Position numbers and translations under genes: made by a program. The notes beneath the pieces are model-generated. The model was not told where the DNA came from and did not search any database. It worked only from the letters and a program-made list of their open reading frames with translations. DNA of 32,000 nucleotides from Nitrosospira multiformis ATCC 25196 (GTDB taxonomy: Bacteria; Pseudomonadota; Gammaproteobacteria; Burkholderiales; Nitrosomonadaceae). The DNA lies in assembly GCF_000196355.1 (NCBI RefSeq), contig NC_007614.1, positions 1,500,001-1,532,000 on the forward strand, read 5' to 3'. Position 1 is the first letter of the stretch. Each line of letters begins with the position of its first letter. Positions 1-9,343 of this stretch are shown here, one piece after another.

Positions 1-621
1 GGCGAGCTGGTTGCCCTGAGTTTTTTTTCCATTGCGGGCACCATGATACTGATTGCCACGGTGGATGTGCCGTTCAAGTTGTGGGATCACTACCGCAAGC
101 TCCGGATGACCAAGGAAGAAGTCCGTCAGGAAAACAAGGAAACGGAGGGTAATCCGCAAATCAAGGGGCGTATCCGCGCGCAACAGCGCGAAATGGCAAG
201 AAAGCGCATGATGACCGAGATTCCCAGGGCGGATGTGATTATTACAAACCCTACCCATTACTCCGTCGCGCTCAGATATGAAGATGGCAAGATGCGTGCG
301 CCTCGCGTCGTCGCCAAGGGTATGCATCTATTGGCCTTGAAAATCCGCGAGATAGGGCATCAGCACAAAGTACCTGTGCTGGAAGCGCCACCGTTGGCTC
401 GTGCTCTCTATCAACATACTGAGCTGGGAGATGAAATTCCCCAGACACTCTATAACGTCGTAGCCGAGGTGCTCGCTTACGTCTATCAATTGCGCCGCCA
501 CCAGCAATATGGCCCCTCTGGCGGCAAGGCTCCCGTTTTGCCGGAACTTGACGTGCCGGTTGAGCTGGATCCGGAAAACAAAGCGTTCAAGGAAGCGGGA
601 AAAACTGGAAAACCTGAATAA
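1..621 (+). CDS. flhB: Flagellar export apparatus protein FlhB, C-terminal part (5' truncated by window edge)
   Basis: Frame is open from base 1; protein contains the FlhB autocleavage motif NPTH (ITNPTHYSVALRY) and the typical C-terminal domain (VPVLEAPPLARALYQHTELGDEIP); immediately followed by flhA. Confidence 0.96.
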   Translation, partial: GELVALSFFSIAGTMILIATVDVPFKLWDHYRKLRMTKEEVRQENKETEGNPQIKGRIRAQQREMARKRMMTEIPRADVIITNPTHYSVALRYEDGKMRAPRVVAKGMHLLALKIREIGHQHKVPVLEAPPLARALYQHTELGDEIPQTLYNVVAEVLAYVYQLRRHQQYGPSGGKAPVLPELDVPVELDPENKAFKEAGKTGKPE

Positions 622-623
622 CG

Positions 624-2702
624 ATGACTGCGATGACAAAACTAACTTACCTGTTTAGCGGTGCGAGGGCGCGCAGCCTTGCAGGTCCGCTGCTGATATT
701 CATGATCCTCGGCATGATGGTACTGCCACTGCCCGCGTTTTTACTGGACATGATGTTCACTTTCAACATCGCGCTCTCCATCATGGTGCTGCTGGTTAGC
801 ATCCATACGCACAAGCCGCTGGATTTTGCCGTGTTTCCCACAGTGCTGCTCCTTTCAACGCTGCTGCGATTGTCGCTCAACGTGGCATCTACCCGCGTGG
901 TGCTGATGCAAGGCCATACCGGGCCGGATGCGGCAGGAAAAGTCATCGAGGCATTCGGTCATTACCTCGTCGGCGGGAATTATACGGTCGGCATAGTTGT
1001 GTTCGTTATTCTGGTGGTGATCAACTTTATCGTCATTACCAAGGGTGCCGGTCGCATTGCGGAAGTTTCCGCGCGCTTTACGCTGGATGCCATGCCGGGC
1101 AAGCAGATGGCGATCGATGCGGATCTCAACGCCGGCCTCATCGGTGAGGAGGAGGCGGGCAGGCGGCGCGTCTCCATTGCCCAGGAGGCGGAATTTTACG
1201 GCTCCATGGATGGCGCGAGCAAATTTGTAAGGGGAGATGCGATAGCGGGAATTCTCATCCTCTTTATTAATGTCGTTGGCGGATTGGTAGTCGGCGTTCT
1301 GCAGCATGACCTCGATCTTGCTACCGCCGCCAGAAATTACACCCTGCTTGCCATCGGTGACGGACTGGTGGCCCAGATTCCGGCGCTCATTATCTCTACC
1401 GCCGCCGGCCTGGTAGTAAGCCGCGTCGGTACGGATGAGGATATCAGCACTCAACTGGCAGGCCAGCTTTTCTCAAAGCCCCAGGTATTGGCTTTGACTG
1501 CCGCTATCATCGGTCTCATGGGCCTGATACCCGGTATGCCTCATATTGCCTTTCTGCTGCTGGCCGCATTGTGCGGCGGGGGCGCCTATCTGATGGAACA
1601 GCGCCGCAAGCGGCTTGTGTCGCAGGCGCCGACAGCTCCCGTTATCCAAGCGGAGGCGCAGGACGCCAGTTGGGATGATGTCATGCCCGTGGACATACTG
1701 GGACTAGAGGTGGGCTATCGCCTGATTTCGCTCGTGGACAAGACCCAGGACGGGGAGCTTCTCGGGCGGATCAAAGGCGTGCGCAAGAAATTCGCCCAGG
1801 AGGTCGGGTATCTTCCGCCGACTGTTCATATCCGTGACAATCTGGAACTGCGCCCTAACGGGTACCGGATAACGCTCAAGGGCGTCAATATTGGAACCGG
1901 TGAAGTCAATGTGGGGCAGTATCTCGCCATCAATCCGGGCATCGTATCCGGCAATGTGCCTGGTCTTGCCACCACCGATCCCGCTTTCGGGCTGCCCGCT
2001 GTCTGGATAGAAGCAGGCCAGCGCGAGCGTGCCCAGTCACTGGGATATACGGTGGTCGATGCGGGTACTGTCGTTGCCACCCATCTCAATCATCTGGTGC
2101 ACAGCCACGCTGCCGAATTGCTGGGCCGCTCCGAAGTGCAGCAACTGGTGGATCGCCTCTCCAAGGATTCTCCCAAGCTGGTGGAAGATATGATTCCGAA
2201 GCTGCTCCCGCTCTCCACCTTGCAGAAAGTGCTGCAGAATCTGCTCGAGGAGAAGGTGCATATACGCGACATGCGAAGCATCGTCGAAACCTTGGCCGAG
2301 CACGCTTCGAAAGTTCAGGATGCGCATGAACTGACGGCGCTGGTGCGCATTGCGTTGGGGCGCTCAATCGTTCAGCAGATATGGCCCCAAGCCAGTGAGT
2401 TGCAGGTGATGGCGCTTGATTCCGGACTGGAAAGGTTGCTGACCCAAGCTTTGCAAGCCAGCCCGACGGGGGCTGGGATCGAGCCGGGACTCGCCGATAC
2501 CCTCATTCGGGAGGCAGCTGGCGCCAGCCAGCGGCAGGAGCAGGTGGGGCTGGTTCCCGTGTTGCTGGTGCCAGCGCCGCTTCGAACCTTGCTGGCGCGT
2601 TTTCTGCGCCGTGCCGTTCCTCAACTGAAAATACTGTCGCATGCGGAAGTACCCGATTCAAGCAATATTAAAGTCACTTCGATTCTTGGAGCCAGAGCAT
2701 GA
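624..2702 (+). CDS. flhA: Flagellar biosynthesis protein FlhA
   Basis: 692 aa; N-terminal membrane region with the conserved FHIPEP-like segment (FAVFPTVLLLSTLLRLSLNVASTRVVL), AEVSARFTLDAMPGKQMAIDADLNAG. Confidence 0.98.
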   Translation: MTAMTKLTYLFSGARARSLAGPLLIFMILGMMVLPLPAFLLDMMFTFNIALSIMVLLVSIHTHKPLDFAVFPTVLLLSTLLRLSLNVASTRVVLMQGHTGPDAAGKVIEAFGHYLVGGNYTVGIVVFVILVVINFIVITKGAGRIAEVSARFTLDAMPGKQMAIDADLNAGLIGEEEAGRRRVSIAQEAEFYGSMDGASKFVRGDAIAGILILFINVVGGLVVGVLQHDLDLATAARNYTLLAIGDGLVAQIPALIISTAAGLVVSRVGTDEDISTQLAGQLFSKPQVLALTAAIIGLMGLIPGMPHIAFLLLAALCGGGAYLMEQRRKRLVSQAPTAPVIQAEAQDASWDDVMPVDILGLEVGYRLISLVDKTQDGELLGRIKGVRKKFAQEVGYLPPTVHIRDNLELRPNGYRITLKGVNIGTGEVNVGQYLAINPGIVSGNVPGLATTDPAFGLPAVWIEAGQRERAQSLGYTVVDAGTVVATHLNHLVHSHAAELLGRSEVQQLVDRLSKDSPKLVEDMIPKLLPLSTLQKVLQNLLEEKVHIRDMRSIVETLAEHASKVQDAHELTALVRIALGRSIVQQIWPQASELQVMALDSGLERLLTQALQASPTGAGIEPGLADTLIREAAGASQRQEQVGLVPVLLVPAPLRTLLARFLRRAVPQLKILSHAEVPDSSNIKVTSILGARA

Positions 2703-4411
2703 CTATCAAACGATTTTTTGCCAAAACAACCAGCGAAGCATTGCGCATGGTACGCGATGAGCTCGGAGCCGACGGGGTGATTCTGTCGAATCGAGCGGTA
2801 GACAATGGTGTCGAGATATTGGCCTTGAGCAATAGCGCTATGTCCGCGTTGCTCCCCCCGGCGGAATGCCAGAAAGAAGATGGGCAGGAGCAAAGGCTGC
2901 GGGAAGAGAGCAAGAACGGGTTCTCGCCCGACGTGTCGGTAGCAATACTCCCGGTTCCCAAACCTGCGGTTCCCAAAAGTATGCCCGAGAATCCTGCTGT
3001 ACCTCCTGCTAGAGGTGCGGAGCAGACAGCAAGGACGGCAAGAATCGAAAAAAATGCTGAAGATGCGCCCGAGCGTGATTTGACTCCTTTGCCGCGCAAG
3101 AAGGCGCAAGAGACAGATCACGCTGCCAGGACCAACAAAAAAGCCGTTCCGCAAATTTCCAGCAAACCGCGTCGCGCAACTACGGGACGCGTGCAGTCCA
3201 CGAAGAGTGGAGAAGGGTCGGCGAAGAAAAGCAGCAGAGGAACAACCCCCCGTGAATCGAGCGCCATGGCGGGGGAAACGAGGGTGTCAGATTTCCGGAG
3301 CTGGCGGAAACGATTACAGAATACGCGCAACTCATCGCCAGCAATGAATCCGGAAATTGCAATTTCCCGCAGGCCCCGACGGCTTGCGCTCGATTCTCTT
3401 CAAGTCGCGGATAAGGTTGCGGCCAGTGTTCTAAAGGAAGTCCGTTTCATGCATTCGACACTGGAGCAGCAACTCGCCTCGCTAAGCCGGAACGAGCAGG
3501 AGAGACGCGATCCGGTGCGCGGGCAATTATTTCGCCAGCTGCTGGCAGCGGGACTCCATGATGCTTCCGTACAGGCGCTGCTGGATCAATTGCCAGAAAA
3601 GCTGGACGCAAGCGCAGCCATGAACTGGGTAAGAACGGCGCTGACAGGCAATCTTCAGACTATCGGGAACGAGGACGAAATTCTGGAGAAGGGAGGTGTT
3701 TATGCTCTGGTAGGGCCGACCGGTGTGGGTAAGACGACTACTACCGCGAAGCTCGCAGCGCGTTGTGTTGTCCGCCATGGAGCAAGCAAGGTCGCTTTGC
3801 TGACGACCGACAGCTACCGCATAGGCGGACATGAGCAGTTACGGATTTATGGAAAGATTCTGGGGGTCAGCATACATGCGGTGAGGGATACGCAGGACTT
3901 GGCCCTCGTACTGAATGAATTGCGCGGCAAGCATATTGTGCTGATCGACACGGTTGGCGTAGGGCAGCGCGATCAGATGGTAGCCGAACAGGTTGCCATG
4001 CTGAGTGGCTGCGGCAGTGAAATCAAGCGCCTGCTGCTGCTCAATGCCGCTTCGAGTTGGCATACGCTGGATGAAGTTGCAGAGGCCTACTGGGGTGATG
4101 GTCTGGCGGGCGCCATCATCAGCAAGCTGGATGAAGCGGTAGTAACGGGCTGTGCGCTCGATATAGCCATGCGCCACAACTTGCCTCTCTACTATGTTGC
4201 CAATGGCCAGCGGGTCCCCGAGGATATCGAGCTTGCGGATGCCGAATCCCTGGTAAACCGCATGTTCGACGATCTCTCGCAGTTCGCTCATTTTCCTCAG
4301 TTCCAGGACGCCGCGTCTTTTACCGCTCTCGATCATTCATGTTCGATAGCCGGAGCAAGTCGCGAGGATGGCGGAATCGGGCCGGATACGAGCGAGGTGT
4401 TCCTTGACTGA
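2699..4411 (+). CDS. flhF: Flagellar SRP-like GTPase FlhF
   Basis: C-terminal SRP-type GTPase domain with GPTGVGKTTTTAKLAA, DTVGVGQRD and a SKLDEA segment; start overlaps flhA stop. Confidence 0.95.
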   Translation: MTIKRFFAKTTSEALRMVRDELGADGVILSNRAVDNGVEILALSNSAMSALLPPAECQKEDGQEQRLREESKNGFSPDVSVAILPVPKPAVPKSMPENPAVPPARGAEQTARTARIEKNAEDAPERDLTPLPRKKAQETDHAARTNKKAVPQISSKPRRATTGRVQSTKSGEGSAKKSSRGTTPRESSAMAGETRVSDFRSWRKRLQNTRNSSPAMNPEIAISRRPRRLALDSLQVADKVAASVLKEVRFMHSTLEQQLASLSRNEQERRDPVRGQLFRQLLAAGLHDASVQALLDQLPEKLDASAAMNWVRTALTGNLQTIGNEDEILEKGGVYALVGPTGVGKTTTTAKLAARCVVRHGASKVALLTTDSYRIGGHEQLRIYGKILGVSIHAVRDTQDLALVLNELRGKHIVLIDTVGVGQRDQMVAEQVAMLSGCGSEIKRLLLLNAASSWHTLDEVAEAYWGDGLAGAIISKLDEAVVTGCALDIAMRHNLPLYYVANGQRVPEDIELADAESLVNRMFDDLSQFAHFPQFQDAASFTALDHSCSIAGASREDGGIGPDTSEVFLD

Positions 4412-5297
4412 ACCCATTCATGACCAGGCAGAGGGCCTTCGCCGATTGCTGGTTCAGAATTTCCTGCGCATTGTCACACTCACATCCGGTGGTACGGGTA
4501 CGGGAAATACCACAGCCGTGGTCAATCTCGCGGCGGCTCTAACCCGCAATGGAAAAAGTGTGCTGGTAATCGACGAGAACACGGGTGCAGGCAATGTATG
4601 CGAGCTGCTGGGATTGAATGCGCACCGTGATCTGCTGGATGTTATTCGACGCGATAAAACCGTGCAGGAAGTGGTTGTCGGCAGTGTCCACGGATTTTCG
4701 ATCCTTCCTGCGGGGCGAGGCATGCGAGCCCTTGAAAAACTCAATGTCGGCGACCGCGCTCACCTGATCGGATCTTTCGCGCATATAACGCCGTCATTCG
4801 ACGTGGTCTTGATCGATGCTGCTCCCGGCAAGGCCAGCCGCTCGCTTTCGCTTGCTCTTTCAAGTCATGAAATCGTTGTGGTTGCTTCGCCCGAACCCGC
4901 TTCCATTACTGCTGCCTATGCGCTGATCAAGCATATCGGTGGAAATCATCAGAATAAGCGGCGCTATCACATTCTGATCAATAAAGCGGTTACAGAAATC
5001 GAAGCAAATACCATTTTCAGCAATATGGAGAGCGCCGCCAAGCGTTATCTGGGGGTTTCGCTCCAGTTCCTGGGATATATCCCGTACGAGCACAAGCTCT
5101 GTCCCGATAATCCGTTGCCCAAATCTTTTTCGGCCGCATCCTTCGGGGCAGCGTTCCAGCATGCAGCGGAATCGCTGATTCACTGGCCGTTCGAGGAGGA
5201 TGAAGGACGAGGCCTCGAACGCTTCATGCAATGTTTGTTGCAAGGCAGTTCCGGCAGTCAGGGCGCCAGAATGAATGCCGCTACAGCAGAATCATAG
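4404..5297 (+). CDS. flhG: MinD/ParA-like flagellar number regulator FlhG (FleN/YlxH type); probable TTG start at 4404 (ORF track ATG at 4368)
   Basis: Starts with DQAEGLRRLL, followed by a ParA-like fold (NLAAALTRNGKSVLVIDENTG, DVVLIDAAPG); located between flhF and fliA. Walker A is degenerate (see findings). Confidence 0.88.
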   Translation: MTEPIHDQAEGLRRLLVQNFLRIVTLTSGGTGTGNTTAVVNLAAALTRNGKSVLVIDENTGAGNVCELLGLNAHRDLLDVIRRDKTVQEVVVGSVHGFSILPAGRGMRALEKLNVGDRAHLIGSFAHITPSFDVVLIDAAPGKASRSLSLALSSHEIVVVASPEPASITAAYALIKHIGGNHQNKRRYHILINKAVTEIEANTIFSNMESAAKRYLGVSLQFLGYIPYEHKLCPDNPLPKSFSAASFGAAFQHAAESLIHWPFEEDEGRGLERFMQCLLQGSSGSQGARMNAATAES

Positions 5298-5308
5298 TGA
5301 GGAACAGC

Positions 5309-6037
5309 ATGTACACTTCGGTCGGCACCATCGATAAACAACAGCATATCGTGGAGTTTACTCCGCTTGTAAAACGGATTGCCAATCACATGATGGCGAG
5401 ATTGCCTGTCAGTGTTGAAGCAGATGACCTGGTACAGGTCGGAATGATCGGCCTGATGGAAGCGTTGAACCGGTATGAAGAGATGCCCGGGGCACAATTC
5501 GAGACTTATGCGCAGCAGCGCATTCGCGGCGCCATGCTCGACGAACTGCGCCAGCTGGATTGGCTTCCGCGAGGAGCCCGAAGGGTAATGCGCCAGATCG
5601 AGAGCGCTATCAATGTGCTGCAGCACCGCCTCGGCCGCTCTCCTTCGGAGCGGCAGATCGCCGAAGAACTCGGCGTATCGATCGAAAGTTACCAGCAGAT
5701 GCTGTTTGAAGCAAAAGGAACCCAGCTTATCCATTATGAGGATTTTTCGGACGATGAGGACGATGATTTTCTGGAGCGCAACTGTGCCGACAATACTGCT
5801 GATCCGCTGGCGGCGCTGCTCGACGGCGATTTACGCCGGATTTTGATCAACGCGATAGAGATCCTGCCCGAGCGTGAAAAAACGCTGATGGGGCTGTACT
5901 ACGAGCAGGAACTGAATTTCAAGGAAATCGGCGCCGTTTTGGGCGTATCCGAATCGAGAATATGTCAGATGCACAGTCAGGCGATTGCCCGGCTACGCGT
6001 GCGACTCAAGGAATGCGCATGGACTTCAATAGCATAA
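5309..6037 (+). CDS. fliA: RNA polymerase sigma factor FliA (sigma-28)
   Basis: Sigma-70 family regions 2, 3 and 4 (VKRIANHMMARLPVSVEADDLVQVGMIGLMEAL; LPEREKTLMGLYYEQELNFKEIGAVLGVSESRICQMHSQA); start chosen at MYTSVGTIDK. Confidence 0.95.
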   Translation: MYTSVGTIDKQQHIVEFTPLVKRIANHMMARLPVSVEADDLVQVGMIGLMEALNRYEEMPGAQFETYAQQRIRGAMLDELRQLDWLPRGARRVMRQIESAINVLQHRLGRSPSERQIAEELGVSIESYQQMLFEAKGTQLIHYEDFSDDEDDDFLERNCADNTADPLAALLDGDLRRILINAIEILPEREKTLMGLYYEQELNFKEIGAVLGVSESRICQMHSQAIARLRVRLKECAWTSIA

Positions 6038-6759
6038 TCGGTATCGGTATCGCGCTGGTTGCTGTTTTTGGCGGGCAAGTGCTCGAGGGGGGACACCACG
6101 CATCGCTCATTCAGGTTACTTCGCTCGTAGTCGTACTGGGCGGGACGCTGGGAGCTGTTCTGCTGCAAAGTCCGGTCCGTCAGTTTGTACTTGCCATGAA
6201 AATGAGCCGCTGGATATTTGTTCCGCCAGTGCTCAACCCGGAAGCCGTGGTGCAGCACATTGCAACCTGGAGCGCTGCTGCCCGCAAGGAGGGTTTACTG
6301 GCGCTCGACAATCATGTTGAAGGCATCGACGATCCTTTCGTGAGAAAAGGACTGCAGATGGTGGTGGACGGAACCGAACCCAAGGTGTTGCAGCGCGTGC
6401 TGGAAGTGGAGATCGAGACTTTCGAGGATCTCCACCATCAGGGCGCCAAGGTGTGGGAAGCAGCCGGAGGTTATGCGCCGACTATCGGCATCCTTGGAGC
6501 AGTGATGGGATTAATCCAGGTGATGGAGAACCTGTCCAATCCTGCCGACCTTGGCGCGGGTATTGCAGTCGCATTCGTGGCGACCATTTATGGCGTCGGT
6601 CTGGCAAATCTTGCATTTTTGCCTATTGCAAACAAACTGAAGACCCTCATTGCCCGTCAGGTATTGCTGCGGGACATGCTGGTCGATGGCCTGGTAGGAA
6701 TTGCAAAAGGTGAGAATCCACGGCTTATTGCAGAACGGCTGAAGGGATATGTCGTATAA
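6019..6759 (+). CDS. motC: Flagellar motor stator protein, MotA family (MotC type)
   Basis: MDFNSIIGIGIALVAVFGGQVLEGG...; MotA/TolQ/ExbB signature GGYAPTIGILGAVMGLIQVMENL. Start overlaps the fliA 3' end. Paired with the MotB-like gene downstream. Confidence 0.93.
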   Translation: MDFNSIIGIGIALVAVFGGQVLEGGHHASLIQVTSLVVVLGGTLGAVLLQSPVRQFVLAMKMSRWIFVPPVLNPEAVVQHIATWSAAARKEGLLALDNHVEGIDDPFVRKGLQMVVDGTEPKVLQRVLEVEIETFEDLHHQGAKVWEAAGGYAPTIGILGAVMGLIQVMENLSNPADLGAGIAVAFVATIYGVGLANLAFLPIANKLKTLIARQVLLRDMLVDGLVGIAKGENPRLIAERLKGYVV

Positions 6760-6831
6760 CGAGCACCTTTTTGCTCGAATCATGCAGTCCCGTAAAAGAG
6801 GAAAGTAACCACCCCATTTCATTCAGGAGAA

Positions 6832-7059
6832 ATGATGAAAAACAGCGACAAAACCGTTATTACAAGCGAAGCCAACGAAACGGTTACGGCGGGAGATGAC
6901 AAGCAAAGGCCGATGAAGGATGGCGTGTACATAGAGAGGCGCCAGGGAGAAAGACGCTCAGGCGCAGAACGGCGCGACCCCAATAGCCGGGGAGCAAGCG
7001 AGAGAAGAAATCCGGACCGGCGCAAAGGCGGCCGCAGGGCGGGCGACAAAGAGGCATGA
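6832..7059 (+). CDS. Small basic protein of unknown function (75 aa) with repeated ERR/RR motifs, between motC and motD
   Basis: Preceded by AGGAGAAATG (good SD spacing); MMKNSDKTVITSEANETVTAGDDKQRPMKDGVYIERRQGERRSGAERRDPNSRGASERRNPDRRKGGRRAGDKEA. Confidence 0.6.
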   Translation: MMKNSDKTVITSEANETVTAGDDKQRPMKDGVYIERRQGERRSGAERRDPNSRGASERRNPDRRKGGRRAGDKEA

Positions 7060-7094
7060 AGAAAAAGACCGGTTATGAATAGAAAAATGAAACG

Positions 7095-7125
7095 GAAAGC
7101 CGGTCTATCAGGTAGACCGGCTTTC
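7095..7125 (+). promoter_or_regulatory. Strong stem-loop immediately upstream of motD
   Basis: GAAAGCCGGTCT-atcaggt-AGACCGGCTTTC: perfect 12-bp stem, 7-nt loop; its 3' arm ends 7 nt before the ATG at 7133. Confidence 0.75.
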
Positions 7126-7132
7126 AATTGAT

Positions 7133-7999
7133 ATGGCTCGCAAACGCAAACTGGAAGAGCGTGAGAATCATGAGCGCTGGCTCGTGTCCTATGCCGACTT
7201 TATCACGCTGCTGCTCGCGCTGTTCGTCGTGATGTATGCGGTTTCGCAGGTAAACGAAGGTAAATACCAGCGAATGGCAGGCTCGCTTGTGAACGCATTT
7301 GGTGCGCAATCGGATCGAAGCGTACTCATTACGCCCGAGTCCGCGCCCTCGTCGCCTGTCCAGGAATCCCCGACGGAAGAGGACAGGTCAATAAAAAAGG
7401 CGCGCCGTCTGGCTGAGGCGCAGCGCGGGCAGCAGGAAGCAATGGAAGTTATCGCAAGAGATGTCGTCGCAGCCTTTCAGCCATTCCGCTCGCTCATCGA
7501 GAACGGGCAGGTGAGGGTGATTCCAAGCAGCCGGGGACTGGCTGTGGAAATCAATGCCAAGGTATTATTTGCGCCTGGGCAGGCAGTGCTGGAACAAAAC
7601 TCCGCCCGCGTTCTTGAAGCGGTGGCGCAGGTGCTGAAAAATAACGACTATCCCATCCAGGTGGAAGGTCATACGGACAGTATTCCGATCGTAACCGATA
7701 AATTTCCCTCTAACTGGGAATTATCAGCAGTGCGGGCCAGCAGCGTGGTTCGATTGCTCATCGGCAGCGGAGTAGAGGCGGCACGGCTGACTGCCGTGGG
7801 CTATGGCGAGAACCGGCCTGTGGATTCGAACGATACTGAAGATGGCCGTACGCGTAATCGACGCGTTACCATCATGATCCTCTCCAATTCAGACCGCAAT
7901 CCATCCGATAATCTCGAGGACGCGCCACAGGAAACCGAGTCCGCCTCGACTGCTTCTGAGAGAACCGCTTGCCTTTTTCGGCGAGAGAAACTGGCATAA
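7133..7999 (+). CDS. motD: Flagellar motor stator protein, MotB family with OmpA-like peptidoglycan-binding domain (MotD type)
   Basis: N-terminal HERWLVSYADFITLLLALFVVMYAVS (plug/TM segment with the conserved Asp) and C-terminal OmpA domain (VEGHTDSIPI...NWELSAVRASSVVRLLI...GENRPV). Confidence 0.94.
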   Translation: MARKRKLEERENHERWLVSYADFITLLLALFVVMYAVSQVNEGKYQRMAGSLVNAFGAQSDRSVLITPESAPSSPVQESPTEEDRSIKKARRLAEAQRGQQEAMEVIARDVVAAFQPFRSLIENGQVRVIPSSRGLAVEINAKVLFAPGQAVLEQNSARVLEAVAQVLKNNDYPIQVEGHTDSIPIVTDKFPSNWELSAVRASSVVRLLIGSGVEAARLTAVGYGENRPVDSNDTEDGRTRNRRVTIMILSNSDRNPSDNLEDAPQETESASTASERTACLFRREKLA

Positions 8000-8422
8000 G
8001 TTTTTCCTGCGAGGGATTCAGCAGCCTCCCCAAGACGTTCCTATTTCAGGACCTCGGCGTCCACGGCCTGCCTATCATGTTTTCCGGGCAGGGGGAATCA
8101 ATGGTCCGATAGACTGGATTTCCATGCCTTGGCTGCTATCGTGCTGATTGCTTTATTTCGCTTCAAGAGCGCGTCATTCGGTCATTCTGGGATGCGGCTG
8201 GGTGGCATGATGCTGCTCTCGTAATTTCCGTAGTGATCGCGCAGCCTGTTTCTGAGCCTCGTTCACACCTTCGACACGCTCAGGCGAACGGGGGCCGAAG
8301 ATTCAGGATCAACGGGGGCGGCGAAGGGCTCAGGGGCAACGGAATGATGAGTCCGACAGACCTGCAAGGGTGAAAGGAATACCTGCATTTATCCCGACAC
8401 AGGAAATGCCGGAATTCCTTGT

Positions 8423-8453
8423 TCCAATCCGTCTGGTCCTGATACGGATTGGA
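8423..8453. terminator. Inverted repeat between the convergent motD and flgN genes, candidate bidirectional terminator
   Basis: TCCAATCCGT-ctggtcctgat-ACGGATTGGA, 10-bp perfect stem, 11-nt loop. No T-tract on either side, so confidence is low. Confidence 0.3.
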
Positions 8454-8531
8454 TGGCATTCTCAATAGAGGTAAGTATAGGGAGTATGAGGGGGGACTGC
8501 CATCTGTGTCCTGTTTTAAATCCTTACATCC

Positions 8532-9005
8532 TTAGATCTCGCCAAGCCGGCGTCCACCGGAAAAGATCTGCGGCTGACCGTTAGAACCATAAAGGCCATT
8601 ATGGAGGCCACGAGCAGCAGCCTGTAATGCAGAAAGTCTTTGCTGGTTATAGCGGAGGCGCTGGTTCACGAGAATACCGTTGATTTCGTTTATCCGGTGA
8701 GCGGTCTCAGTCAACTGGAGCAGCTCCTGCCAAGCCATAGCTGCAGTGGGATGATCTGCCAATCTGCGCTCCATATCACCCTGATCCTTGAGGGAGCCAG
8801 ACATTCCGAGCCACTGCTCGCGGGCCTCGGTAAGCCCGGCAAGCTGCTGGGCATGACTCGCTTTTTCCACGGCGAGCGGCAACAGCACAGACACATCCGC
8901 TTGTTGCAAGGCCCGCTGCTCCCTGCGCAGCACATCGATGAACGCCCGCACGGCATCGCGCTCGCTGGCAATACCGGCAATGGGATCGAAAACAGTATTA
9001 TTCAA
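8532..9005 (-). CDS. flgN: Flagellar export chaperone FlgN
   Basis: 157 aa, helical protein with typical FlgN features (...RINEINGILVNQRLRYNQQRLSALQ), adjacent to flgM. Confidence 0.85.
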   Translation of the reverse strand: MNNTVFDPIAGIASERDAVRAFIDVLRREQRALQQADVSVLLPLAVEKASHAQQLAGLTEAREQWLGMSGSLKDQGDMERRLADHPTAAMAWQELLQLTETAHRINEINGILVNQRLRYNQQRLSALQAAARGLHNGLYGSNGQPQIFSGGRRLGEI

Positions 9006-9007
9006 GT

Positions 9008-9343
9008 TTATCCCTGCCTCCTGCGTATCAGATCACGGACAGTGTCAAGCAATCCGTCAGCCACTTTGTCCGCATTGACCGTGAAACGGCCTTCACTGAT
9101 GGCTTGCTTGATTTCTGCTACCCGATGGGTATCAAAAACCTCGCCCTTCGCCAAATTTTTTTCGATATTTTTCAGTTGGGCGCTCAACTGGATATCAGTG
9201 CTTATGCTATTCGCGCTACTCGTACTACTTGCACCCGAGGTGACAGCGCTTGCTACCGCGCGCTGGCCCGATTTACCAGGAGACGACTGGCCTTCGTGGA
9301 CCGGCTTGGCAGATTCTGTTTTGATTGAGTTCTCTATTTTCAA
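9008..9343 (-). CDS. flgM: Anti-sigma-28 factor FlgM; probable TTG start at 9343 (ORF track ATG at 9445)
   Basis: C-terminal FlgM region (DTHRVAEIKQAISEGRFTVNADKVADGLLDTVRDLI). GGAGA SD precedes TTG, giving the FlgM-like N-terminus (M)KIENSIKTE. Confidence 0.87.
   Translation of the reverse strand: MKIENSIKTESAKPVHEGQSSPGKSGQRAVASAVTSGASSTSSANSISTDIQLSAQLKNIEKNLAKGEVFDTHRVAEIKQAISEGRFTVNADKVADGLLDTVRDLIRRRQG

Noticed and set aside
647-2642. Multiple minus-strand ORFs inside flhA (also inside flhF, flgE, fliD etc.)
   Set aside because: They are shadows of high-confidence plus-strand genes in a GC-rich genome, with no recognisable protein features.
8000-8531. About 530-bp gap between motD and flgN checked for a cryptic gene, RNA or mobile remnant
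   Set aside because: Only short ORFs without features and one inverted repeat were found; ordinary convergent intergenic space is the simpler explanation.
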